Shown here: positions 1 to 7,922 of the stretch, piece after piece
How positions within the stretch are numbered: the first letter of the stretch is position 1
Layout of the letters: the number at the start of each line of letters is the position of its first letter
NCBI GenBank assembly: GCA_018065475.1
Contig: JAGHTD010000196.1
Span: 1-25,384 of the forward strand
DNA from: Candidatus Colimorpha enterica
GTDB taxonomy: Bacteria; Bacillota; Clostridia; Oscillospirales; CAG-272
Direction: 5' to 3'
DNA length: 25,384 nt
Position numbers and translations under genes: made by a program
Notes under the pieces: model-generated
The model's database searches: none
Told to the model about the DNA's origin: nothing
What the model saw: the letters and a program-made list of their open reading frames with translations, nothing else

Positions 1-692
1 TTTCTCGGCTCGCAGGGCGTGATGACGTTTTCCGTGGCCTCGGACTCCCACTGAGCGGAGATATTGCCCTGGGCATGAATAAGAGCGCGGTGATATACCA
101 TGTTTTCGGCTCCCACTCTGCCGAATATTTCCTTCTGCATAAAGTCGGAAAACCTCATTCCCGACGCCTCCTCGATGACGGCGGCGAGCACGTCGTGGCA
201 GAGGGAATAACGGAACTGCGTTCCCGGCTCGAAATGGAGCGTGCGGGAGGCGAGAGCGTTGACGATCTGCCTCGTCGTGGCGTGACCGTCTTCGTTGGCT
301 TTATTTATTTCGGGGGAGGCGAGCATATAGTCAAGCCCGCCCTGCATACTCATAAGATGGCGCACGGTGAGAGGCGTTTTCACCGGTTTTATCCCGTCGG
401 GGGTCTCGACCGTCAGATCTTTGTAGGCGGGAAGATACTTTGATACCTCGTCGTCAACGCCGATAACGCCGTCCTCGATGAGCTTCATCGCGGCGCAGGA
501 GGTGTAGAGCTTCGTCATCGAATAGAGGGCGAAGCAGGTGTTTTCATCGACGGGCTTCGTCATCGCGTGGTCGTGGAAGCCGGAATACTTTTCAAAGACG
601 GTCTTTCCGTCGCGGGTGACGACGATACCGGTGCCCGGCACACCCCATCCGGCGACGGTTTCGAGATGTTTTTCAAGTGGTGTAAAGTCCAT
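1..692 (-). CDS. Serine hydrolase, beta-lactamase/class C-like (family VIII esterase type); runs off the left edge
   Basis: Not in the ORF track. Manual translation from ATG at 692: MDFTPLEKHLETVAGWGVPGTGIVVTRDGKTVFEKYSG...ALYSMTKLYT (SxxK) ...VSKYLP...LTVRHLMSMQGGL...FEPGTQFRYSLCHDVL (catalytic Tyr region). Open to the window edge. Confidence 0.85.
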   Translation of the reverse strand, partial: MDFTPLEKHLETVAGWGVPGTGIVVTRDGKTVFEKYSGFHDHAMTKPVDENTCFALYSMTKLYTSCAAMKLIEDGVIGVDDEVSKYLPAYKDLTVETPDGIKPVKTPLTVRHLMSMQGGLDYMLASPEINKANEDGHATTRQIVNALASRTLHFEPGTQFRYSLCHDVLAAVIEEASGMRFSDFMQKEIFGRVGAENMVYHRALIHAQGNISAQWESEATENVITPCEPR

Positions 693-704
693 TTTGTATG
701 CCTT

Positions 705-1172
705 TCATATAATTTCTTTTTCGGTTTTTCCGATGATGTCGGTGAGGAGACGGGCAAAGGAGGTTATTCCTTCCTCGTCCTCTTGTGAGAATCGGCAGTA
801 TTCGGGGCTGTCGATGTCGAGGACGCCGTAGAGGGCTCCGCCGACGTAAAGGGGGATCACGAGCTCGGAGTTCGATGCGCCGTCGCAGGCGATGTGACCT
901 GCAAACTTATGGACGTCGGGGACGTTCTGCGTTTTCCCGGTCGCCGCCGCCGTTCCGCATACTCCGCGCCCGAGGGGTATCTTCACGCAGGCGGTCCTGC
1001 CCTGAAAAGGGCCGAGGATAAGGTCTTTCCCGTCAAAAAGGTAGAACCCGCACCAGTTGAGCCGGCCGAGCGAATGGTAAAGGAGCGCCGACGCGTTGGA
1101 GAGAACGGTCACTCGGCTCGTCACCCCTTCCGAAAGGGCGGAGAGCTGTTCGGTGATCAGCTTGTAATCCAT
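705..1172 (-). CDS. msrC: GAF-domain free methionine-(R)-sulfoxide reductase
   Basis: NWCGFY, GPFQGRTACVKIPLGRGVCGTAA, HIACDGASNSE and LDIDSP match the YebR/fRMsr family, with its cysteines. Confidence 0.9.
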   Translation of the reverse strand: MDYKLITEQLSALSEGVTSRVTVLSNASALLYHSLGRLNWCGFYLFDGKDLILGPFQGRTACVKIPLGRGVCGTAAATGKTQNVPDVHKFAGHIACDGASNSELVIPLYVGGALYGVLDIDSPEYCRFSQEDEEGITSFARLLTDIIGKTEKEII

Positions 1173-1202
1173 AATATTTCCTCACAGTAAATCTTTTAAT
1201 AA

Positions 1203-1231
1203 ATTATAGCATTTTTGCTCCGTCAAGTCAA
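1203..1231 (-). promoter_or_regulatory. Sigma-A/70 promoter for msrC and the serine hydrolase
   Basis: Minus strand TTGACT (1231-1226), 17 bp spacer, TATAAT (1208-1203), with an extended -10 TG. Confidence 0.75.
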
Positions 1232-1249
1232 CAAATATCGCTTTATATA

Positions 1250-1279
1250 TTGACAAATATCGGGGTAATATGATATAAA
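1250..1279 (+). promoter_or_regulatory. Sigma-A/70 promoter for the PlsC-like gene
   Basis: TTGACA (1250-1255), 18 bp spacer, TATAAA (1274-1279) preceded by TGn. Confidence 0.6.
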
Positions 1280-1310
1280 TATTCCGAATAAACCGAAAAG
1301 GGAAAAATAT

Positions 1311-2582
1311 ATGAAAAAAGAGTTCAAACGGTTTGATATGCGCATACATCCGCGCAACACGAAATGGTATCTGAGACCGCTCACCTATCTTCTCGGCGTG
1401 CCGGACGCCAACAGGCACGGAGCGAAGATAACGAAGACGGGCGTTGATGGCTTGAAACCTCCGTACCTCATGCTCTGCAACCACAACGCCTTCCTCGACT
1501 TCAAGGTCGCGACGAAGGCGATCTTCCCTCAGCGCGCCAACTACGTGGTCGCGATAGACGGCTTCATCGGGAGGGAAAAGCTCCTCCGCGACGTCGGATG
1601 TATCTGCAAAAGAAAGTTCACCAACGACGTTCTGCTCGTCAGACAGCTTCAGAGGTCGGTGAAGAACGGCAACGTCCTCATCATTTACCCCGAGGCGAGA
1701 TATTCCCTCTGTGGGACGACGGCGGTACTGCCCGAGTCGCTCGGTCAGCTCTGCAAAATGCTGAAGGTCCCGGTCGTCACCTTTATATGCCACGGCCATC
1801 ACGTCAATTCGCCGTTCTGGAATCTTCACAGCAGAGGAGTGAAGCCCACCGAGGCGGAGATGACGCTCCTCTATACGGCGGACGAGCTGAAGGACGTGAC
1901 CGCCGACGAGATAAACGACAAACTGCTTGAAAAGTTCACCTACGACGACTTCGCGTGGCAGAAGGAAAGGGGCATAAAGACACCCTATCCTAAGCGCGCC
2001 GAAGGGCTCCACAAGGTACTTTATCAGTGCCCCGCCTGCGGGAAAGAATATAAGATGTCCTCCGCGGGCGACGAGATATTCTGCACGGAGTGCGGGAAGC
2101 GCTGGAGGATGACGGAGCTCGGCGAGCTTGAAGCGAAGGACGGGAACACCGAGTTTTCTCACATTCCCGACTGGTACGAGTGGGAAAGAGCCAACGTAAG
2201 GAGGGAGATCGAGGAGGGAAGGTATTCGACGGGAGAAATGCCCGTCACGGTCGATACGCTCCCCAACGCAAAGAAGTTCATCCGCCTCGGAGAGGGAACG
2301 ATGATACACGATATGAACGGTTTTACGGTCAAGGGCACCGACGTTGACGGCGACCCGTTTGAGATGATAAAGCCCGTTCCGTCGCTCTATTCCTGCCATA
2401 TCGAGTACGAATATCTCGGAAAACACGGCGACTGTGTCGATCTCAATACCCTTGAGGATACGTGGTATATATACCCTCACGACTGCGAGTTCGCCGTCAC
2501 GAAAATGGCGCTCGCGACGGAGGAGCTGTATTTCAATCACCGCGCAAAAGAGGGCAGACCCTGCAAAAAGGGATTTGCTTGA
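1311..2582 (+). CDS. 1-acyl-sn-glycerol-3-phosphate acyltransferase-like (PlsC/GPAT family) with a C-terminal zinc-ribbon extension
   Basis: NHNAFLD (HX4D motif), IIYPEAR (FPEG-like motif); CPACG...CTECG in the C-terminal half. Confidence 0.8.
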   Translation: MKKEFKRFDMRIHPRNTKWYLRPLTYLLGVPDANRHGAKITKTGVDGLKPPYLMLCNHNAFLDFKVATKAIFPQRANYVVAIDGFIGREKLLRDVGCICKRKFTNDVLLVRQLQRSVKNGNVLIIYPEARYSLCGTTAVLPESLGQLCKMLKVPVVTFICHGHHVNSPFWNLHSRGVKPTEAEMTLLYTADELKDVTADEINDKLLEKFTYDDFAWQKERGIKTPYPKRAEGLHKVLYQCPACGKEYKMSSAGDEIFCTECGKRWRMTELGELEAKDGNTEFSHIPDWYEWERANVRREIEEGRYSTGEMPVTVDTLPNAKKFIRLGEGTMIHDMNGFTVKGTDVDGDPFEMIKPVPSLYSCHIEYEYLGKHGDCVDLNTLEDTWYIYPHDCEFAVTKMALATEELYFNHRAKEGRPCKKGFA

Positions 2583-2593
2583 CAAAAAAACGA

Positions 2594-2632
2594 AATCCGC
2601 CGGGAGAAAATCTCTCGGCGGATGATTTTTTT
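2594..2632. terminator. Bidirectional intrinsic terminator
   Basis: ATCCGCCGGGAGA-AAA-TCTCTCGGCGGAT stem (one wobble), T-run after and A-run before, between convergent genes. Confidence 0.85.
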
Positions 2633-2657
2633 GTTTTGATTTTGGAGTTCAGCCGTG

Positions 2658-3329
2658 TCACAGCGTATTCAGATACGCCTTCTGCTCCTCGGTGATCCGG
2701 TAGCTTTCCCTCGCTTTGCGGACGGTCATTTTCATCACCTTTTCGTCAAGCCGTCTCCCCTCAAGATAAGGTATCGCGGCGCCCCACTGCTTGGTGAGCG
2801 CGGTGGCGAAGAACCACGCGATCATCATATTGACGTAATATTCATCCGAGCGCAGGCGGGCGGGTATTTCGAGATATTCGGGTCTGAAATCCCCGTCAAG
2901 ATAATGGCTCATCAACATTTCGATGCCGAATCTGACCGTGTAGGTCTCGCCCGACTCCGTCCACCCGCGGATCTTTTCGAGAAGCTGTGCTTTATGCTTT
3001 TTGAAGACCTTGGGCGACATAATGTCGCACACCGCCCAGTTGTCAACGTATGGGAGAAAACGGTCGGTCTCTTCGACCGCCTTTCCGTAATCCCTGATCT
3101 CGGATATCAGCAGCGCGTGGAGCATATTCTCGTCGTAGTATCTGTGGGGAAGCTCGCGGAGAAAGTCGGACGATAAGGGATCGTCCTTAAGCGCTTTTGC
3201 GAGTTTTCTGACCTCCGGCACTCTGACGCCGATGAACAGCTCTCTGTCAACGGTGGGAGTCAGCTTTGCCTGAAACGCGGCATATTCTTCGTCTCTCAGA
3301 TCAAATAACAGTTTTTCGATCTTTTTCAT
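2658..3329 (-). CDS. DNA alkylation repair protein (AlkD-like, HEAT-repeat family)
   Basis: FIGVRVPEVRKLAK, DNWAVCD and YYVNMMIAWFFATAL are typical of the family. Confidence 0.85.
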   Translation of the reverse strand: MKKIEKLLFDLRDEEYAAFQAKLTPTVDRELFIGVRVPEVRKLAKALKDDPLSSDFLRELPHRYYDENMLHALLISEIRDYGKAVEETDRFLPYVDNWAVCDIMSPKVFKKHKAQLLEKIRGWTESGETYTVRFGIEMLMSHYLDGDFRPEYLEIPARLRSDEYYVNMMIAWFFATALTKQWGAAIPYLEGRRLDEKVMKMTVRKARESYRITEEQKAYLNTL

Positions 3330-3341
3330 GCTTTTTTTGTG

Positions 3342-4682
3342 TTATTTCGCCCTCCTTCCTACAATGAGCAGGATGTTCTGCGGATCGACGGACATTGACG
3401 TGCTTTCAAACGCAAGCCCCGCAAAGGTGTGTCCGCCGGAATACCATACCCTCGTCGGCTCGCCGTTCGGGGAGAGGGTGAGCACCTTTTCGGGGATGAT
3501 GTCGGCCTTGACGGTGATCGTCTCGGGCGTCATATTGGAGAGGACGACGGCGACGCTGTCTTCGTCCTCGGCGGCGACGGCGTAAACTCCGTCCTGTACG
3601 GGCGAGGTTATCTCGACCTGCGTGCCTCTTTTGTAAAGCTCGTTGTAGAATGTGAAGGCGTAATAAGCGGGGAAGGGCTTGAAGGTGAGCGGGCTGAAAA
3701 GCGAGCCGTAAATGCTCGTGCCTATCCTTGCGTCGTAGAACATCGCGCCGTCAAGCGGGCAGTCCTGCATTGCGAGCATCATTCCCTCTATGTACGCGGC
3801 GTGTGAGACCGTGCCTCTCCATGCCGCCTCGTTGTGGTTCCATTCGTTGCAGAAGGTCTCGGTCTCCGTGTATCCCGCCTCGTCGAGACGGCGGCGGCAG
3901 TAGCCGGCATACGCCTTCGTGTTGTCGATGTTGTCGTAGCTGTGCCAGGAGAAGAAGTCGAGCGGCGCGCCCGTCTTCTTTATGTAGTCGAGGAAGCCGT
4001 TGAAGAAGTCGAGGAAGTAATCGAATCTGCGCTTCGTTTCCTCGCTTCTGTCGGCACTTTCAATGATCGAATAGAATCCGCAGGAGGCGTAGCCGCCGAT
4101 TTTCAGCTCGGGGAACTTCTCTTTCAGATATCTGGCGGAAACGTCGTAAAGCTCGTAATACTGCTCCGGAGTGCCGCGCCACATCGGGTTTTTCATCATG
4201 TCGGGGGCGTTGTCCGGCTCGTTCCATATCTCCCAGTATCTTATCTTGTAGAAGAAACCGTTTGCCCACCCCTGCGTGTAATGGCGGATGACGCCCTCGC
4301 AGATCTTTGCCCATTTGAGGGGATCGGCGGGAGGATCGAGGCGGTACTGTCTGATCTCGACGTTGTTCTCTATCGTTACGCCGAGGCGGAAGAATGGCTC
4401 GACGCCGTTGTCGTCAAGCGCTTTCATCAGAATGTCGGTGAAGGCGAAGTCGTAGCTTTCGGGATCGGACGGATCGGCGGAAAAATCGCGGAAGAGGTTG
4501 GGGATATCGACGTACATATTTGCGCCGTACCATCCTCCGACGTCGTGGAGACGGGAGAAGGGAATGCCCGCGTCCTTCAGATATTTGACGTATGAGAAGT
4601 TGATCCCTACAAACGGGGGCTGACCGACCCCGTGCATCGGCTTGATGTTCCCGAGTTTTTTGCCCAGCTTGATTTCTGTCAT
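3342..4682 (-). CDS. Glycoside hydrolase, GH39-like (clan GH-A), no evident signal peptide
   Basis: RLHD, YWEIWNEPDN (acid/base NEP), LDFFSWHSY, FCNEWN (candidate nucleophile Glu); RBS AAGGAG. Confidence 0.8.
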   Translation of the reverse strand: MTEIKLGKKLGNIKPMHGVGQPPFVGINFSYVKYLKDAGIPFSRLHDVGGWYGANMYVDIPNLFRDFSADPSDPESYDFAFTDILMKALDDNGVEPFFRLGVTIENNVEIRQYRLDPPADPLKWAKICEGVIRHYTQGWANGFFYKIRYWEIWNEPDNAPDMMKNPMWRGTPEQYYELYDVSARYLKEKFPELKIGGYASCGFYSIIESADRSEETKRRFDYFLDFFNGFLDYIKKTGAPLDFFSWHSYDNIDNTKAYAGYCRRRLDEAGYTETETFCNEWNHNEAAWRGTVSHAAYIEGMMLAMQDCPLDGAMFYDARIGTSIYGSLFSPLTFKPFPAYYAFTFYNELYKRGTQVEITSPVQDGVYAVAAEDEDSVAVVLSNMTPETITVKADIIPEKVLTLSPNGEPTRVWYSGGHTFAGLAFESTSMSVDPQNILLIVGRRAK

Positions 4683-4716
4683 AACTTATTCTCCTTTACG
4701 GTTATTATCAGTTATG

Positions 4717-4745
4717 ATTATAAATGAAGACGGGGAAAAAGTCAA
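4717..4745 (-). promoter_or_regulatory. Sigma-A/70 promoter for the GH39-like gene and alkD
   Basis: Minus strand TTGACT (4745-4740), 17 bp spacer, TATAAT (4722-4717). Confidence 0.75.
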
Positions 4746-4818
4746 TAGCTTTCCGACGATAATAATCACATTTCACATCCGGCGTCAGCCGGATATTTCA
4801 CAATTTGCGCTTTGTCCC

Positions 4819-4848
4819 TTTACATATTATACCGTTTTGTGGTATAAT
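4819..4848 (+). promoter_or_regulatory. Sigma-A/70 promoter for the 7-gene sugar operon
   Basis: TTTACA (4819-4824), 18 bp spacer, TGgTATAAT (4840-4848, extended -10); RBS AAGGAG before ATG 4888. Confidence 0.7.
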
Positions 4849-4887
4849 ATCATTAAATAATAAACGTATAATAAAGGAGATCACGTT

Positions 4888-5742
4888 ATGTATCAGTTTC
4901 CCATAGGAGCAATGCTCGAATCATTTAAGCTTCCCACCGCCGAGGCGCTTAAAAAAGCGTCGGAGATAGGCGTCAGCGGTATTCAGATGTACGCCACGAA
5001 AGGTGAGCACGCACCCGAAAATATGACGCCCGCCAAGATAAAAGAGCTCAAAGACATGATGACGTCAAACGGCCTCGTTTTCTCGGCTCTCTGTGGTGAC
5101 CTCGGCCACGGCTTCGGTCACGCCGACCTCAATCCCGCCCTCGTGGAAAAGAGCAAGCGCATAGTCGATCTTGCGCTTGAGCTCGGCACTAACGTAGTCA
5201 CGACGCATATCGGCGTCGTCCCGTCGGATAAAAGCAACCCCCGCTACGCCGTCATGCAGGACGCCTGCTCTCAGCTCGCCGAATACGCCGACAGCGTAGG
5301 AGCGCATTTCGCGATAGAGACGGGCCCCGAGCTTTCGGCAACTCTCTGCTCCTTCCTCGACGGTCTCGGCTCGACGGGCGTAGGCGTAAACCTCGACCCC
5401 GCAAACCTCGCCATGGTAGTCGGCGAGAACGCCGTCAACGCCGTCCGCAACCTCAAAAAATACATCGTTCACACCCACGCCAAGGACGGCAATATGCTCG
5501 TCAAGGGCGACCCCGAGCAGATCTACGGCGTCACCCCCATGCCGGAGGATATGAAGAACATTTCCTTCTTTGAGGAAGTGCCTCTCGGCACCGGATCGGT
5601 CGATTTCCCCGCTTACCTCAGGGCTCTCGACGAGATCGGCTACCGCGGTTTCCTCACGATAGAGAGGGAATGCGGCGACAACCCCGCCGCCGACATCGCT
5701 CTTGCCGCCGACTTCCTCAAAAAGGTCGAGGCGGAGGGCTGA
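4888..5742 (+). CDS. Sugar phosphate isomerase/epimerase family TIM-barrel protein (AP_endonuc_2/IolE-like)
   Basis: Metal-ligand motifs FAIETGPE, NLDPAN, HTHAKD, LTIERE; VPLGTGSVDF. Confidence 0.85.
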   Translation: MYQFPIGAMLESFKLPTAEALKKASEIGVSGIQMYATKGEHAPENMTPAKIKELKDMMTSNGLVFSALCGDLGHGFGHADLNPALVEKSKRIVDLALELGTNVVTTHIGVVPSDKSNPRYAVMQDACSQLAEYADSVGAHFAIETGPELSATLCSFLDGLGSTGVGVNLDPANLAMVVGENAVNAVRNLKKYIVHTHAKDGNMLVKGDPEQIYGVTPMPEDMKNISFFEEVPLGTGSVDFPAYLRALDEIGYRGFLTIERECGDNPAADIALAADFLKKVEAEG

Positions 5743-5743
5743 T

Positions 5744-6886
5744 ATGGCAGACACACCCGTTCTTGACGCTCCGAAGAAGGAGAGAAACGCGGGTATAGAG
5801 CTTTTCCGCTGTGTGTCGATGTTCCTCATCCTCGTCCTGCACGTTCTCGGGCAGGGAGGCGTCATCGCCTACACGGGCGGGGCAAGGATAGCGCAGTACC
5901 GCGCGGCGTGGTTCCTCGAGACGCTCGGCTACTGCTCCGTCAACTGCTACGCGCTCATCTCCGGCTACGTCAACAAGGACAAGGAGCTGAAGCTCCGCCG
6001 TTACGTCCTGCTGTGGCTTGAGGTGGTCTTCTGGCTGGTCGTTCCGCTCCTCGTGTCAAAGTTCTTCTTCCCGTCGGTGAAGATCACCGAGGGGGACGTA
6101 TGGGAGGGGCTGATGCCCGTCACCTACAAGGTGTTCTGGTACTTCAACGCCTACACCCTCCTCTTCCCCTTCATCCCCCTGCTCAACAGAGGACTTGAAA
6201 AGCTGTCGAAGACACAGCATCAGACGATCCTCGCCTTCCTTTTCATCACGACCTCGGTCACTCACGTCATAAACGGTGCCGACAACTTCGTGCTTTCGAG
6301 CGGATATTCGGCGATGTGGCTGATCGTCCTCTACGTTTTCGGAGCTTACTTCCGTATCCACGGCGCGCCGAAATGGGCGAAGTGGTACGTGACCATCCCC
6401 GTTTTCCTGCTGTCGTGGGGCTTCGCCTGGGCTATGAAGATCCATCAGACCGACCTTCTCGACGCCGGAATAATCACGTCAGACGACATCAATTACAGCA
6501 TTCTCGGGAGGTACGTTCAGTACACCTCGCCGTTTATGGTGATAATGGCGGTCTGCCTCCTCATCTTCTTCTCAAACGTAAAGCTGAGGACGAACGTCGG
6601 CAAAAAGGTGATCACCCTCATGGGCAAATGCTCCTTCGGAGTGTACCTCTTCCACGTCGGCCCGATAATGTGGCAGTATTTTATGAGATACAGATACAAG
6701 GGGTACGCTTACGAGACGCCCGGAATGCTTATGGTCAAGGTCCTCATCACCGCGCTCGTGCTCTTTATCGTATTCGACGCCGCCTCGATGATCAGATATG
6801 CGATCTTCAGATACTGCGGTATAAACAAGCTCGTCAACAAGCTTGCCGATTATATTGCGGGTGACAAGCCCGAAAAAGGAGAATAA
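5744..6886 (+). CDS. Acyltransferase family 3 (OafA/OatA-like membrane O-acyltransferase, no SGNH domain)
   Basis: Start moved to ATG 5744 (MADTP), 1 nt after the upstream stop. ERNAGIELFR, LHVLGQGGV, VNCYALISGY, FWYFNAY, SFGVYLFH; many hydrophobic segments. Confidence 0.85.
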   Translation: MADTPVLDAPKKERNAGIELFRCVSMFLILVLHVLGQGGVIAYTGGARIAQYRAAWFLETLGYCSVNCYALISGYVNKDKELKLRRYVLLWLEVVFWLVVPLLVSKFFFPSVKITEGDVWEGLMPVTYKVFWYFNAYTLLFPFIPLLNRGLEKLSKTQHQTILAFLFITTSVTHVINGADNFVLSSGYSAMWLIVLYVFGAYFRIHGAPKWAKWYVTIPVFLLSWGFAWAMKIHQTDLLDAGIITSDDINYSILGRYVQYTSPFMVIMAVCLLIFFSNVKLRTNVGKKVITLMGKCSFGVYLFHVGPIMWQYFMRYRYKGYAYETPGMLMVKVLITALVLFIVFDAASMIRYAIFRYCGINKLVNKLADYIAGDKPEKGE

Positions 6887-7909
6887 ATGTTCAGAAACGA
6901 TTACAGCGAGATATGCGCTCCCGAAGTGCTTGAAAAGCTGAAAAACTGCCTCGGAGAACAGAATATCGGCTACGGCCTCGACGTCCATTCGGCTGCCGCC
7001 GCGGAAAAGATCCTCGACGCCTTCGGGCTTTCGGACAGCGGGGCGGAGGTGTTCTTCCTTGCGGGAGGAACGCAGGCGAACGCGGTCACGCTCTCCTTCC
7101 TCATGCGCCCCTACGAGGCGGTGATATGCTGCGGTACGGGACACATAAACGTCCACGAGACCGGAGCGGTGGAGGGAAGCGGCCACAAGGTGCTCACCTC
7201 GCCCGGAAAGGACGGCAAGCTCCTGCCCGAAGAGATCGAGAGGATATACCGCCTCCACACCGACGAGCACATGGTCAAGCCGAAAATGGTCTATATCTCG
7301 GATTCCACCGAGACCGGAACGGTCTATAAGAAGGCGGAGCTCGAGGCGATAAAGAAGACCTGCGAAAAGCTCGGTCTCCTGCTCTTCATCGACGGCGCGC
7401 GCCTCGGCGTTGCGCTCACCTCCCCCGAAAACGATATGACCCCCGCCGACTTTGCCGCAAACTGCGACGTCTTCTACGTCGGAGGCACCAAGAACGGCGC
7501 GATGTACGGCGAGGCGATCGTCGTAAAGGATCCGTCGCTCTCAAAGGAGTTCAGATACCATATAAAGAACAGAGGCGCAATGCTCGCCAAGGGCTTTGCG
7601 GTAGGAATACAGTTTGAGGCGCTCTTTACCGACGGGCTGTATTTCAAACTTGCCGAAAACAGCAACGCGACGGCGGCTTTCATCCGCGAGGGGCTTGAAA
7701 AGCTCGGTGTCGAGACCGGCGGCGGCGCAAAGACGAATCAGATATTCATCTCCGTCCCCGCTCCTCTTGGGCTGAAGCTCGAAAAGGAGTTCGGGCTTGA
7801 ACTCTGGACCGACAACGGAGACACGAGAGTGGAGCGTATCGTCACCTCGTTTGCCGCGAAGATCGGCGACTGCGAGACGCTGATAAATTATATCGGAAAC
7901 AACCTTTAA
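6887..7909 (+). CDS. ltaE: Low-specificity L-threonine aldolase (PLP-dependent, beta-eliminating lyase family)
   Basis: FRNDYSE, GGTQAN, HETGA, DGARL, GGTKNG (PLP Lys). Confidence 0.88.
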   Translation: MFRNDYSEICAPEVLEKLKNCLGEQNIGYGLDVHSAAAAEKILDAFGLSDSGAEVFFLAGGTQANAVTLSFLMRPYEAVICCGTGHINVHETGAVEGSGHKVLTSPGKDGKLLPEEIERIYRLHTDEHMVKPKMVYISDSTETGTVYKKAELEAIKKTCEKLGLLLFIDGARLGVALTSPENDMTPADFAANCDVFYVGGTKNGAMYGEAIVVKDPSLSKEFRYHIKNRGAMLAKGFAVGIQFEALFTDGLYFKLAENSNATAAFIREGLEKLGVETGGGAKTNQIFISVPAPLGLKLEKEFGLELWTDNGDTRVERIVTSFAAKIGDCETLINYIGNNL

Positions 7910-7922
7910 CGGAGGACACGCC

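Noticed and set aside
1-692. Antibiotic-resistance beta-lactamase
   Set aside because: SxxK and the Tyr motif are shared by the broad serine hydrolase/esterase family, there is no signal peptide, and the gene is truncated, so resistance cannot be supported.
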